From the NCBI RefSeq assembly GCF_000018105.1, contig NC_009925.1:5880001-5912000 (forward strand): 32,000 bases of DNA. Reading direction: 5' to 3'. Each line of letters starts with the position of its first letter. The stretch's first letter is position 1. Below the pieces are notes generated by a model that was not told the DNA's origin, made no database searches, and saw only the letters and a list, made by a program, of their open reading frames with translations. Below are positions 15,940 to 25,822 of this stretch, in pieces. This DNA comes from Acaryochloris marina MBIC11017 (GTDB lineage: Bacteria; Cyanobacteriota; Cyanobacteriia; Thermosynechococcales; Thermosynechococcaceae). A program made the position numbers and the translations under genes.

Positions 15940-17600
15940 AGGGCCCTTGAGAAGTGCAAGGAAAATCATTCAAAATATTTAAAACCCTTGCACCTGCAAC
16001 CCGATGTATCGCCGTCCATCCCCCGGTCAACTGTCCTTTGAGAACTTCTACTTGCCCTTTGGAGGGAAACTTTCAGGAGAGAATCGCTGGGTCAAACTAG
16101 CCGAGTTGATTCCTTGGGAGAGCTTTGAGTCAGAATATGCAGACCAATTCAGTCAGACCATGGGGGCACCTGCCAAACCCTTTCGTGTGGCCTTAGGGAC
16201 CTTAATCATCAAAGAGAAACTGGGTATATCCGACGCAGAGACCGTAGAACAGATTCGAGAGAACCCCTACTTGCAGTACTTTCTGGGGTTTAGTGAATAT
16301 CGAGAGAGTGCTCCGTTTGATGCCTCCATGCTGGTTCACTTTCGCCAACGGTTGAATCTAGAGCTGCTAGCTCAAGTCAATGACGCAGTCGTGGACTCTG
16401 TGCTGGCATCCGAGGGGTCTCCTGTGGCGATGTCCCCTGAGTCATCTCCTCCCTCTGACGATGATGAAGATGAGCCTCCTGCCCCTCCCAACCAGGGCCA
16501 ATTGTTGATAGATGCGACCTGTGCACCAGCCGATATTCGCTATCCGACAGACTTGGATTTGCTCAATGATGCCCGCAAAGCAAGCGAAGCCATCCTCGAT
16601 GCTTTATATGCTCAAGTCATGCTGTCCCTCAAGTGCAAACCTCGCACCTACCGCCAGAAGGCCCGCAAAGCCTATCTGGCCATTGCCAAAAAACGTCAAC
16701 CGAGCCGCAAGCTGATTCGTAAAGGGATTCGTCAGCAGTTGGGCTATGTGCGTCGCAATCTAGCCCATATTGATGGGTTGATAACATTGGGGGCTTCCCT
16801 ATCCCAATTGTCCCGGCGGCAGTACCGTCTGTTGCTGGTGATTCATGAAGTCTTTCGACAGCAAGAATGGATGTATCAACAGTCAGTACGTCGAGTGGAC
16901 GACCGGATTGTCAGTATGAGTCAGCCTCATGTCCGACCGATGGTCCGAGGCAAAGCTGGAACACCCGTTGAGTTTGGAGCCAAGCTATCCCTCAGTTGTG
17001 TGCGTGGATGTGTGTTTCTGGAGCGCTTGAGTTGGGATGCGTTCAATGAATCCCAGCATCTTCAACATCAAGTGGAAGCCTTTCGTCGTCGCTTTGGCCA
17101 TTATCCTTTCTCAGTCCATGCTGACCAAATCTATCGGACTCGGGCTAATCGACGATGGTGTAAAGCTCGGGGGATTCGCTTGAGTGGACCGCCGTTAGGA
17201 AGACCTCAACAAGACCCACAAGTACAGACCCAACTCAAGCAACAAGCGTGTGAGGATGAAAAGGTGAGGGTCCAGATTGAGGGTAAGTTTGGGCAGGCCA
17301 AGCGACGGTTTGGCTTGAATCGAGTGATGGCGAAGTTAGCGGATACGGCTGCCAGTGCGATTGCTATCACGTTCTTGGTCATGAATCTGGAGCGGTGGCT
17401 CAGCCACTTTTTATCGTTCATTTTTGGGGTGGGATTGCTGGTTTTGGAAAGCGTTATGGAGCTGTCAGGACTTCCTTGGGGCTTTGCTAGGGCCAGTCAA
17501 AGGATATGGCTCTGGCCGTCACAAATGGGTTGCTTGTACGATTTGATGCATGGAATTTGCTCAATTTACTTTCTCAGCAAACCCTAATAAAAGGGTTAAC
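15940..17600 (+). mobile_element. IS5/IS1182-group insertion sequence (boundaries approximate)
   Basis: Single long DDE-type transposase ORF. Tentative imperfect terminal repeats are GGGCCCTTGAGAAGTGCAA (about 15940) and the reverse complement of TTTACTTTCTCAGCAAACCC (about 17575-17595). The ends are not resolved and no target duplication was identified. Confidence 0.45.
16004..17587 (+). CDS. IS5/IS1182-family transposase
   Basis: 527 aa. The N-terminus SFENFYLPFGGKLSGENRWVKLAELIPWE is typical of the InsH-N (DUF772) transposase domain. The rest is a basic-rich DDE region. Confidence 0.8.
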   Translation: MYRRPSPGQLSFENFYLPFGGKLSGENRWVKLAELIPWESFESEYADQFSQTMGAPAKPFRVALGTLIIKEKLGISDAETVEQIRENPYLQYFLGFSEYRESAPFDASMLVHFRQRLNLELLAQVNDAVVDSVLASEGSPVAMSPESSPPSDDDEDEPPAPPNQGQLLIDATCAPADIRYPTDLDLLNDARKASEAILDALYAQVMLSLKCKPRTYRQKARKAYLAIAKKRQPSRKLIRKGIRQQLGYVRRNLAHIDGLITLGASLSQLSRRQYRLLLVIHEVFRQQEWMYQQSVRRVDDRIVSMSQPHVRPMVRGKAGTPVEFGAKLSLSCVRGCVFLERLSWDAFNESQHLQHQVEAFRRRFGHYPFSVHADQIYRTRANRRWCKARGIRLSGPPLGRPQQDPQVQTQLKQQACEDEKVRVQIEGKFGQAKRRFGLNRVMAKLADTAASAIAITFLVMNLERWLSHFLSFIFGVGLLVLESVMELSGLPWGFARASQRIWLWPSQMGCLYDLMHGICSIYFLSKP

Positions 17601-17937
17601 ATCTCACCAAGACCTTATAACCGCCACTAAGAGATGTGCCGTTTGACTGCATCTTCATTGCTTAGCTGAGACGATTCCAGACCACAGATAGCATGTTAAA
17701 ACTCGTGAAAAATCTTGCAGGGCTAGCGATAGCTCCAGGTGGTGGCAATGCGTGAGACATCGCAATGCAGTGCATCAGTTACCCGAAAGCAAGAGTTTTC
17801 TTGGGGGATGAATATCACTATTTGGAGGTTATGCAGGGAAAGGATTTCAGGCAGAAGCGCGATGTTCTATTGAAATGCTCCTGCTGGTCCTAGTTCGGTG
17901 GTATTACTCAGGGCACCTAGCTACGCTTTTTTAGATT

Positions 17938-18198
17938 ATGGAAATATTAGATAGCCCAATTGCCAGATGTTCCCATATACTGATGAGCTCCCCATCCCAA
18001 CAACAATTGATTCACTACCTCCAAAGCGATTTAGGCGTTTCTGAAAAAGCGATTGATCTTGCTGTGCGTCTTCAACAGCCTTTACAGGGGCCGATTCATA
18101 TCCTTCTATGGCAGTATGGCTTGATTGACATCGTACAGCTTGGCAAAGCTATTGAGTGGTGGGTGAATGAAAGAGAGGATGTCACAAGCAGGGGATGA
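17938..18198 (+). CDS. DUF2949-type small cyanobacterial protein
   Basis: LIHYLQSDLGVSEKAIDLAVR...ILLWQYGLIDIVQLGKAIEWW matches my recollection of the DUF2949 pattern. The true start may be the internal ATG at 17983. Confidence 0.55.
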   Translation: MEILDSPIARCSHILMSSPSQQQLIHYLQSDLGVSEKAIDLAVRLQQPLQGPIHILLWQYGLIDIVQLGKAIEWWVNEREDVTSRG

Positions 18199-18717
18199 TG
18201 CAATTGCTTCCTTGCCAATCACTGATCAGTCAAGACCTTAATCTGCGAATCTTCCTTAGATCAGGTAGTCAGAACTGATATTCCCATAAATTGCTAGTTT
18301 CTCTAGGCTATAGCTTTAGTATTTTTAGGCTTTCAACAAAAATCGCCTCATGATCTGAGGCATTGCAAAGTAAGCCCCATCCGTTCAACGCTGAACATCA
18401 GAAAAATTTGTCTGATTCAGCAAATTATTTCTCCTCAAAACCACGGATGTTTCGACAAATTTATATTTTGTTTAGAAATTATATTGAGTAATTTCCCTGT
18501 CGTCAGGGGGATGGGATAAAAGCCACGATCAAGGGAGTGCAGCAGGGTACCCCTGTTTGGCCAATATCTTCAGTTGGCGTAAAGTTCGTGTGTCTCATTA
18601 TGAATAGTTCCCACTTGAGAGAGTTAGTGAAACACCTAACCAATTTTGAAAAGAACGGTCTTTGCCCAAACCTATATAGCTTGGTCGAGCTGGGTCAACT
18701 AATCAGGAGAGAACGTC

Positions 18718-20184
18718 ATGAGTAATCCATTCGCTCAGCTGCTGGCCCAGCAATTACACTGTTTAGTCAAAATGAGGAATAGCCAACCTCATCAGGAGCG
18801 AGGGTTCGCGCTTCCCCTTGCCCTAGGGTTGGGCTTCATCATGATCTTGCTGGGGATGTCCTCCATGATCATGGCGCAGAGTGATCGGATCACCGCTTGG
18901 AATCGAAAAGAATCTGGTGCAAGTTTGGCTATATCAGAAGGAGGAATGGCTCGTACCCTAGCCCAGCTTACTCAAACGGATAACCGGATTCTCTTGACTC
19001 GAAACTATGACACCATCAATCCCAAGACCGGAACCACCTATCTCGGACCTGATGGCATTCTCAATTCTGGGGATGAAGAGTCTGCCACAGTGGATGAGTG
19101 GACAGGGTATACGGGCAGTAGCTCAACGCCCTGTGATGCAAGTGCAACGACAATCACACCGAATGTCACTCTTTCTGGAGCAATGAATTCAGGGGGCCAG
19201 TATGAGCTTAAAGCCTATCGTTATAATCCCACGGATCAAACCGGGACACTCCTCGTTGAGGGTCAACATGGAGAGAGAATATCCCATATTCTCTCTACCT
19301 TGGTCATCCAGTCAGAGATTGAGAATTTCCCAGGGGTTCTGGCCATGCAGGGAGCCGTTATTCGAGGACGTACTCTTATTGGTCAACATGCCAATCTTTA
19401 CTATGATCCGTCCTGGTCCGCGGACACCAGCTTAACGGATAAGTCAGCACCGAGTGATAGCGACCGTGCGAGCTATCTCAATGCGGTTTACTCAACAGCG
19501 CAAGATGGTCCAGGTAATGATTTGATTGCTGGCAACATTGTGGGATGCCAGATTACCCAAACACTGTCGGTGGATTTACCCGCAACGGTGACGAGTTTAG
19601 GTGAAGTTAAGAGTAGCACCACTCTTACTGCAGCCAACAGCCCCTACCATATCGAAGAACTGGAACTGGATGGTACCGATGTCGTTACCGTGGACACGAC
19701 GGATGGTCCTGTCTACCTGTATGTCACTGAATCCTTTGAATTACGAGGCAATGCTCAACTGAGAAATATCCGCACGGATGGCGAATCTCCACGAGTGGGT
19801 GATTTGAGGATTATTGTTCATAATGCAGGCGCTGGAACACCTCCCATCGAACTGTACGATCAATCCTGCATTGACACCGCTTTTGTCTATAACAAGATTA
19901 ACGACCTCCAGCTACAAGGTTCAGGTGATGGCTGTCCCAGTAGCGGCAATACTAACTTTGATGGGGTGGTATGGGTCGAAGATGTCGTCAGTTCCATCAA
20001 CATCAGTCCCCATACCCGAATCGTGCCTGCTGAGGATGATGACATCATCACGACGAATGGCAGTACATCCGGCATTCGGGTGCCCAACGATGTGTCCAGT
20101 CTGGCTGATGTCGTGAGTGGTATTGGTATCACTCCGACGAATAAATTTGGCTATGTCAAAAGTTGGCAACGGGTGAGGTTGTAG
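18718..20184 (+). CDS. PilX-N-like pilus-associated protein (large minor-pilin-operon component)
   Basis: N-terminus QERGFALPLALGLGFIMILLGMSSM resembles the PilX N-terminal segment. It is followed by a Thr/Ser/Gly/Asp-rich extracellular-type region and sits first in a prepilin gene cluster. Confidence 0.55.
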   Translation: MSNPFAQLLAQQLHCLVKMRNSQPHQERGFALPLALGLGFIMILLGMSSMIMAQSDRITAWNRKESGASLAISEGGMARTLAQLTQTDNRILLTRNYDTINPKTGTTYLGPDGILNSGDEESATVDEWTGYTGSSSTPCDASATTITPNVTLSGAMNSGGQYELKAYRYNPTDQTGTLLVEGQHGERISHILSTLVIQSEIENFPGVLAMQGAVIRGRTLIGQHANLYYDPSWSADTSLTDKSAPSDSDRASYLNAVYSTAQDGPGNDLIAGNIVGCQITQTLSVDLPATVTSLGEVKSSTTLTAANSPYHIEELELDGTDVVTVDTTDGPVYLYVTESFELRGNAQLRNIRTDGESPRVGDLRIIVHNAGAGTPPIELYDQSCIDTAFVYNKINDLQLQGSGDGCPSSGNTNFDGVVWVEDVVSSINISPHTRIVPAEDDDIITTNGSTSGIRVPNDVSSLADVVSGIGITPTNKFGYVKSWQRVRL

Positions 20185-20186
20185 TC

Positions 20187-20774
20187 ATGCATCAATTGAG
20201 ATCGATGAGCCATATCGATCGGTGGTTGTGGTTGTACTTGAAGCGGCCGAAAGCATCTTCAGGAGTTGATTCTTTAAAATCACTCTCTGCGAAGAGTGGA
20301 GGGTTTACCTTAATCGAGGTGTTGGTGGCGATGATTGTTGCTGCTGTGTTTGTCTCCATGACCATGCAGGCCATGGTAACTTCAGCGGCCTTTCGGGTGG
20401 TTGCTACACAATACGACGAGGCCGTGAGTTGGATTCAGGAAGATTTAGAAACCGTTGTCAATCAAGCGGCACAATATGAGATTACGACGCAACCCTACTC
20501 CTCTCGGTGTCTAGCCACCCTCAGTAGTGATGGGTTTGCATCCGGATTTCTCAATGACTCAGCTACGGGATTAGGGGGAGCTTCCACAACCATTGGCCCT
20601 AGAACACTGGGTGGGAAATACTATACCCTCACTCGTACTGCTAACTATGCAAGTTCTTCTGACCCCTATCGGTTGTTAAATGTCACCTATCAAGTGACGG
20701 AACAAGGGGATAGTAAACCGATTGCCACGGTAGAAACTGAGGTCATTCCCCATGCCGTATTCAAATGTCCCTAA
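20187..20774 (+). CDS. Prepilin-type N-terminal cleavage/methylation-domain protein (minor pilin)
   Basis: GG/FTLIEVLVAMIVAAVFVSM with Glu at +5. The leader is unusually long, about 37 aa from ATG 20187; track TTG 20163 would overlap the upstream gene. Confidence 0.75.
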   Translation: MHQLRSMSHIDRWLWLYLKRPKASSGVDSLKSLSAKSGGFTLIEVLVAMIVAAVFVSMTMQAMVTSAAFRVVATQYDEAVSWIQEDLETVVNQAAQYEITTQPYSSRCLATLSSDGFASGFLNDSATGLGGASTTIGPRTLGGKYYTLTRTANYASSSDPYRLLNVTYQVTEQGDSKPIATVETEVIPHAVFKCP

Positions 20775-21331
20775 ATCCCAGGTGATATTTTCTGAATTGC
20801 TGTCCCTTCAACAAAGCTTGATGTCTAATTCCAGATATATCGGCAACAGCCTGCGATTATTGCATGAATTTAGGGCCTCTTGGCCAACAACGGCTTCAGT
20901 ATAAGTATGCAATTTATCGGATATCTATTTTCCTCTTTTGGTGGAAATTCAGTGCTATTCCTGTCGCCAAAGACGCACAGGCAAAGCCAGAATTAGGGGA
21001 GAGCGTTCAAATGAGCTGATTGGTTTGGCCAATATTGTTGATTTGAATTAACCACCCAGTGAAATTTTTTATATCCATTAAAGATTTGTAATTCCTGGTT
21101 CTAGCTCATTCTCTCGCTAGAGAAGAACCTCTGATAGGCACTGCTAAGAATTGCGTGGGTAATGGCTTCGCCCCTACCGAAGCAACTTCATGCGCCTTAG
21201 TTCTGAAATTTTCGGTTGAGAATTTCTTTGCCAAATTCCTTGAGTAATGCAGAGTTGCCATCAATTTAGTGACGCTTCATCGCTCTCAGGGCCTCTTTCG
21301 AGCCCTGTTTATATTGCCGCTGTGATGTTCC

Positions 21332-22165
21332 ATGTTCCATTTCAATGCTCTCATTCCTCTAAGATCTTCTCCTTCAAATGCGGGATTTACCCTCCCAGAA
21401 AAGATGGTGATTTGCTGCCTTATCGGTATTGCTGCCGCTGCCTCTGCACCCAGCCTGATGGCTTCCATGAATCGGGCCAAGGTGAAACAGACGATGGCTG
21501 AGGTTCGGTCTGCTCTGAATGAAACCCAACGAGAAGCCATCAAGGGCAACAAAATTTGTACCCTTACTCTCAACTTTGTAGAAGGGAAGATTACTGGTCC
21601 TTGCCTCAAATCGGGGGATCGGACGTTGGATGCTGATGTGGCCATCGTCACAAACCTGACGGATCCGAGTTCCAGTGAGGCCCTGGATGAAGGGCAACCT
21701 GTTCTGATCGGTTCAGATGTGCAACTCTCACTGGGGCTGAGCGATGGAGAATCTGTTTCTCAAATTGCTATGGCTGCATCTCCTGAAAATACAGTCAACG
21801 ATTCTAAAGCAGGGATGGTAGTCCAGATTATTGCTCATCACAAGAACGGTAATGGCAACAAGGAGGGGGGAACACAAGGAAGCGATAATCCTCCTAACTC
21901 ATCAGCTTCTTCAGCCAGTATTCCCATCAAATATGGGGTGTTAGGTAATCCCGAATTTGCTATTGTCAGTGCTCAACAAACGCCGACGGACCCCACCGGC
22001 AAAATTGTCTTCTACAACCCACAAGATTCCCAAGTGACGAAACGCTGTATTGCTATTTCAAACACCCTTGGATTGACCCGTATTGGCACCTATCAAGGAG
22101 ACCTCAAACCGACCTCGATTACAGACTCCGGTCGATGCACTGCGGAGAACTGGGAAGAGCAATAA
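21332..22165 (+). CDS. GspH/FimT-like pseudopilin
   Basis: NAG/FTLPEKMVICCLIGIAAAAS prepilin signal, followed by RAKVKQTMAEVRSALNETQREAIK, typical of the GspH/FimT domain start. Confidence 0.65.
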   Translation: MFHFNALIPLRSSPSNAGFTLPEKMVICCLIGIAAAASAPSLMASMNRAKVKQTMAEVRSALNETQREAIKGNKICTLTLNFVEGKITGPCLKSGDRTLDADVAIVTNLTDPSSSEALDEGQPVLIGSDVQLSLGLSDGESVSQIAMAASPENTVNDSKAGMVVQIIAHHKNGNGNKEGGTQGSDNPPNSSASSASIPIKYGVLGNPEFAIVSAQQTPTDPTGKIVFYNPQDSQVTKRCIAISNTLGLTRIGTYQGDLKPTSITDSGRCTAENWEEQ

Positions 22166-22188
22166 AACATCACATGGGGGAATAGGGT

Positions 22189-23220
22189 TTGAATCAGCAG
22201 CCGGACAATCAGACATCGACTCTCCATCACGGGTATACCCTCGTGGAACTGTTGATTGCCACTATCATCACCAGTTTGGTGGTTAGTATTGCAGGTTACG
22301 GCGTTATAGCAGCAACCCAAGCCAACAAGCGGACGGAAGCGATTGCGGCTAGACGGCATGATTTAAGTCGGGCATTCGATTTCATCAGCAATGAAATTCG
22401 GATGGCCCACCGGATTAACCAATCTCAACTAACGAAGGCAACAAACCCTTCATCCATGTCGAGTCTATTAACAAGCGCAGGTTTGAATGCCTCCGATTGG
22501 ACGACCCCAGTCCTTTACTTAGAAATTCCCATCACCACCCAAGTCCCTGAGGTTTGCCCGACAGGCGGCCCCAATGCGGGTTCCCCACCTCCTCAACCAG
22601 CTGCCTACGATCAGGTGGTGTATGATATCCGTCCCAGTACTCAAGATTGGTTAGCGCCCAATTCGATATATAGATATGGCCGAGTTCCCAGAAGTGATGG
22701 CAGTATCGACCCCTGTAGTGATCCCGTTGCGAGTGATACCTTAGTGGATGCGATCGCAATGAACGTTGATACAACACCCGACTGCCCTACCCCTGGAGTA
22801 CTCATGGGAACAGGAGGGTTTCAAGCATGTGTGAATGGTAACCAGGTGGATTTATTCATGCGCAGCCGAATCTCAGAGTTTGAGATTCACCGTTTAAGCA
22901 GTACCGCAACCTCCCGCTCAGGGAATAGCCAGCCTATCCCAGTACTCACTGCAGTTCAGCAACCCGGAACCAATAATGTTGATTTGAACTGGCAATGGTC
23001 TGGTTCCACCAATGGGGTCACCTTTGAAGTCAAGAAGGAAATTACAACAACTGCACAAAAGTCCAAAATAAAAACAGGCGCAGATAGTAGTCAATCATTT
23101 GAGATGCAAGGCTCTCCAGGAGATCAGCATTGCTATTCTGTCACGGCAAAGGTGGGGCAGATCACTAGCCCGGAGAGCAACAAAGCTTGTTTTACACAGA
23201 TTGCAAATCCCATCAATTAA
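22189..23220 (+). CDS. Prepilin-type minor pilin with a C-terminal Fn3-like module
   Basis: HHG/YTLVELLIATIITSLVV. The C-terminal ~90 aa (PVLTAVQQPGTNNVDLNWQWSG...CYSVTAKVGQITSPESNKACF) has a beta-sandwich/Fn3-like pattern. Confidence 0.7.
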   Translation: MNQQPDNQTSTLHHGYTLVELLIATIITSLVVSIAGYGVIAATQANKRTEAIAARRHDLSRAFDFISNEIRMAHRINQSQLTKATNPSSMSSLLTSAGLNASDWTTPVLYLEIPITTQVPEVCPTGGPNAGSPPPQPAAYDQVVYDIRPSTQDWLAPNSIYRYGRVPRSDGSIDPCSDPVASDTLVDAIAMNVDTTPDCPTPGVLMGTGGFQACVNGNQVDLFMRSRISEFEIHRLSSTATSRSGNSQPIPVLTAVQQPGTNNVDLNWQWSGSTNGVTFEVKKEITTTAQKSKIKTGADSSQSFEMQGSPGDQHCYSVTAKVGQITSPESNKACFTQIANPIN

Positions 23221-23305
23221 TCCAGACAGTCTTGGTTAGCTCAACATTCAACACCTTATCCAATATTGACATGCAAAAAATCATCCGATCTTGCTAGATT
23301 TTGTA

Positions 23306-24248
23306 TAGCACTACGAAATCGTGTTAGTACTATTGAATAGAAGATACGTCTAAATCAGTATGCCAGCACCCTATAGTTACGACCTTCGCTGCAAAGCCCT
23401 TGCAGCGGTCAAGAATGGTGAACGAAAAGTTGACGTGTGCCGGATGTTCAATATCAGTCGTAACACGTTGCATCTATGGATAGTCCGTGAGGAATCCACA
23501 GGCGACTGCCAGGCGATTACCAACTATCAACAAGGAGCTCGCCACAAGATCACAGATTGGGACCGTTTTCGTGAGTTTGCCCAAGAGCATGGCGGGAAGA
23601 CCCAGGCCCAAATGGCCAAACTATGGGGAGATAATGTCACCCAGCAAAATATCAGTGATGCCTTGAGAAAGCTGGGATTGAGTCGAAAAAAAAGACCTAT
23701 GGCTATCGAGAACGGGATGAAACACAACGCCAAGAGTTTATAGAGCGACTAAAGACTAAACATGCCCATCAGATCGTCTATGTAGATGAAGCGGGTATCG
23801 ATAATCGAGCGGACTATCCCTATGGATACGGCCCCATTGGCCAACGATTCTATGACCTCAAATCAGGCAAGCGGACAGAGCGAGTCAGTTTCATTGCTGC
23901 GCTTAAAGAAGGTCAGTTATTTTCTCCCATGACCTTTGAAGGGTCTTGCAATTGGTTGTTATTCGAAGCGTGGTTACAGCAGAGTCTTATACCCCAGTTG
24001 CAACCGGGCGATATCATCGTGATTGATAATGCCAGTTTTCATCATGGTCTGAGTATTGAAGAAATCGTAGCTGAAGCAGGCTGTGAGATTTGGTATCTAC
24101 CGAGCTATTCTCCAGATCTCAATAAAATCGAGCGATGGTGGTTTGTGCTCAAAAACTGGATGAAGCAACGGTGGGATGAATTTGACACTTTCCGTGATTG
24201 TGTGGATGCTGCTTTTAAAGAGTGTACTAACGTGCTCCCGTAATGCTA
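23306..24248 (+). mobile_element. IS630/Tc1-mariner-family insertion sequence, copy 1
   Basis: Imperfect terminal inverted repeats TAGCACTACG...GTTAGTAC (23306-23330) and its counterpart ending at 24248, 19 of 25 positions matching. Flanking TA dinucleotides at 23304-23305 and 24249-24250. Sits in an intergenic position. Confidence 0.8.
23360..24243 (+). CDS. IS630-family transposase, two frames joined by a -1 frameshift at the A8 run 23686-23693
   Basis: ORF1 is the HTH part (23360-23743). Hand translation of the -1 frame is open from the A-run through VYVDEAG, VIDNASFH and YSPDLNKIERWW (the DDE triad) to 24243. Confidence 0.8.
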
Positions 24249-24419
24249 TAGAACCTAAAAACATAAAAATTAGATTAGAACTAATAGAAAAAGGAGGTAA
24301 TTTCGGCGTAATTACTGAGTTATTACACTCGGGTTATGACTAGGCTAGAACTATCTGGGAGTAGCAACTTTGAGTTTGACTCTCAGCATTATCGGAGTCA
24401 CACATTCTGAAGTTTGATC

Positions 24420-24776
24420 ATGTTCTCAGCCGATATCACAGAATATTATTTAGAACATTCTCGGCCCACGCTAACAGCATCCAGCACAACATCACTCAAC
24501 GTACCAGTGATTGAGTCTTGGCGTTGCATTGACATTAGGAATCAAGTGATTATTCGAGGGCGGATCTTTAACCATCCCAAATATCCAGCAGGAAAATCAC
24601 TGAAATCTTCACCTATTCAAGGTTGTTTGACCAAAGCTGGTCGAGTATATGTGACGACAAAGAACTCCATGTATGAGCTGGGTACACCCCATTCTGATTG
24701 TGCTAATGATGTTCTAGATTGGCTTAACTACACGGATCATCAACCCATAGAGAAAGTGACTTATTGGGGAGAGTAG
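24420..24776 (+). CDS. Small conserved hypothetical protein (paralog of 15370-15687)
   Basis: Same motif set as the first copy (VIESW, IIRGR, HPKYPAG, NSMYELGTP). Track start 24414 is TTG; ATG is at 24420. Confidence 0.6.
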   Translation: MFSADITEYYLEHSRPTLTASSTTSLNVPVIESWRCIDIRNQVIIRGRIFNHPKYPAGKSLKSSPIQGCLTKAGRVYVTTKNSMYELGTPHSDCANDVLDWLNYTDHQPIEKVTYWGE

Positions 24777-25787
24777 TACTTGGGTAGCCAAGTTAGATTA
24801 TCTCAGCCCTTGCACTAAGTAAAGCTTAAGAAAGGTCCTATTTAAGGAAGTAATTAGCCAAGATACACCCACAGGAAAAAGGTCGTTACTTTTGGAGTTA
24901 GCTTGCGTAAAATCCATTGTCAAGTGGGCCTTAAAAATTTATATAGTACGAAAAGTCTACAGACAAGATCAGATTCGGTACCTAAACTGTCGTCTCTGTA
25001 GTCTCGAATTCAGCGAAGGAAAGAATACCACCTTTTTGAATAAAAAGATTCAAGAAATTTGTGCAACAGCAGTAGGTCGTCAAACTGCAGAAAGGTCGTT
25101 CAAAAAAACGTTGGAGGAAACAATAGTCTTTATCAAACCACAGTGCAAGTGAGGATTTTAATTTAGAGCAACTGCTCCCACAGCTCATCAGTATACCCAA
25201 ATATTCTCTGATAAAGATCAATCAGAATTATCATTTGAGGCTACATCCGAGTGAATATGATTGATTCAAGAAACTGGCTTTATCATGGTCAACTCCTTCA
25301 AAATTTGAGTGTTTCCGAACGAGTGCAAGTCCTGGCTGGTAATAGGCTGAGAGAATAAATCTTTATTTCTGGTTGCTGTCCTCAGACGATTGATCAGAAT
25401 TCTTCTTCCAAGAGATTGTCTCCGCTAGCTTCGCAGACACCTTCTTCTGAAGCTGGTTGCGATTGTCATCATAGAACTTGAGAGTATTGAGATTGGCGGT
25501 TGGCATTGGTCGATTTCAAAATTGAGTAGATGTTGCCATCGGACATCGCCAGATGAATAAGGGAATGAGTTGGTCAGCGAGAGGAAGTCGTGCTTTAGCT
25601 GTACTATAAACCTTGACAACCCCAGTGAAACCTCGACTTATACGCTTTCTGATGTAGGAAAATCTTAATTAAGCAAGACTTTGAAATTCATTCGCATCAC
25701 TTTGTCAGGTGTGCTCTCGGCTTGGGTATTCTCAACTAAAAAGAGATGAGAATAAAGCAATTCTCTGATCTATCACAGAACGTTTGT

Positions 25788-25822
25788 GGACAGTTCCAGT
25801 ACCGAGAACTGTCCCTTTTTTT
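25788..25822 (+). terminator. Orphan rho-independent terminator
   Basis: Perfect 9-bp stem GGACAGTTC / GAACTGTCC, 9-nt loop, then C plus a T7 run (25816-25822). No annotated ORF ends nearby. Confidence 0.55.

Noticed and set aside
15784-15969. 61-aa minus-strand ORF beside the IS5-type element.
   Set aside because: It has no recognisable features and overlaps the probable left end and 5' UTR of the IS. Probably spurious.
17588-17640. Hairpins at the IS5-type right end (AACCCT-N6-AGGGTT at the ORF stop; ACATCTC-N25-GAGATGT just beyond), considered as a terminator or IS end structure.
   Set aside because: The stems are short, no T-run follows, and I could not pair them with a matching left-end repeat. 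They are left as part of the unresolved IS boundary.
19202-20169. Five 77-100 aa ORFs overlapping the PilX-N-like gene on both strands, and 20192-20374 minus inside the pilin gene.
   Set aside because: They are alternative-frame products of a long, compositionally biased gene, and none has an independent signal.
21247-21697. ORFs 21247-21501 plus, 21286-21651 minus and 21374-21697 minus around the FimT-like gene start.
   Set aside because: They overlap a gene with a clear prepilin cleavage motif, and they lack motifs and plausible ribosome-binding sites.
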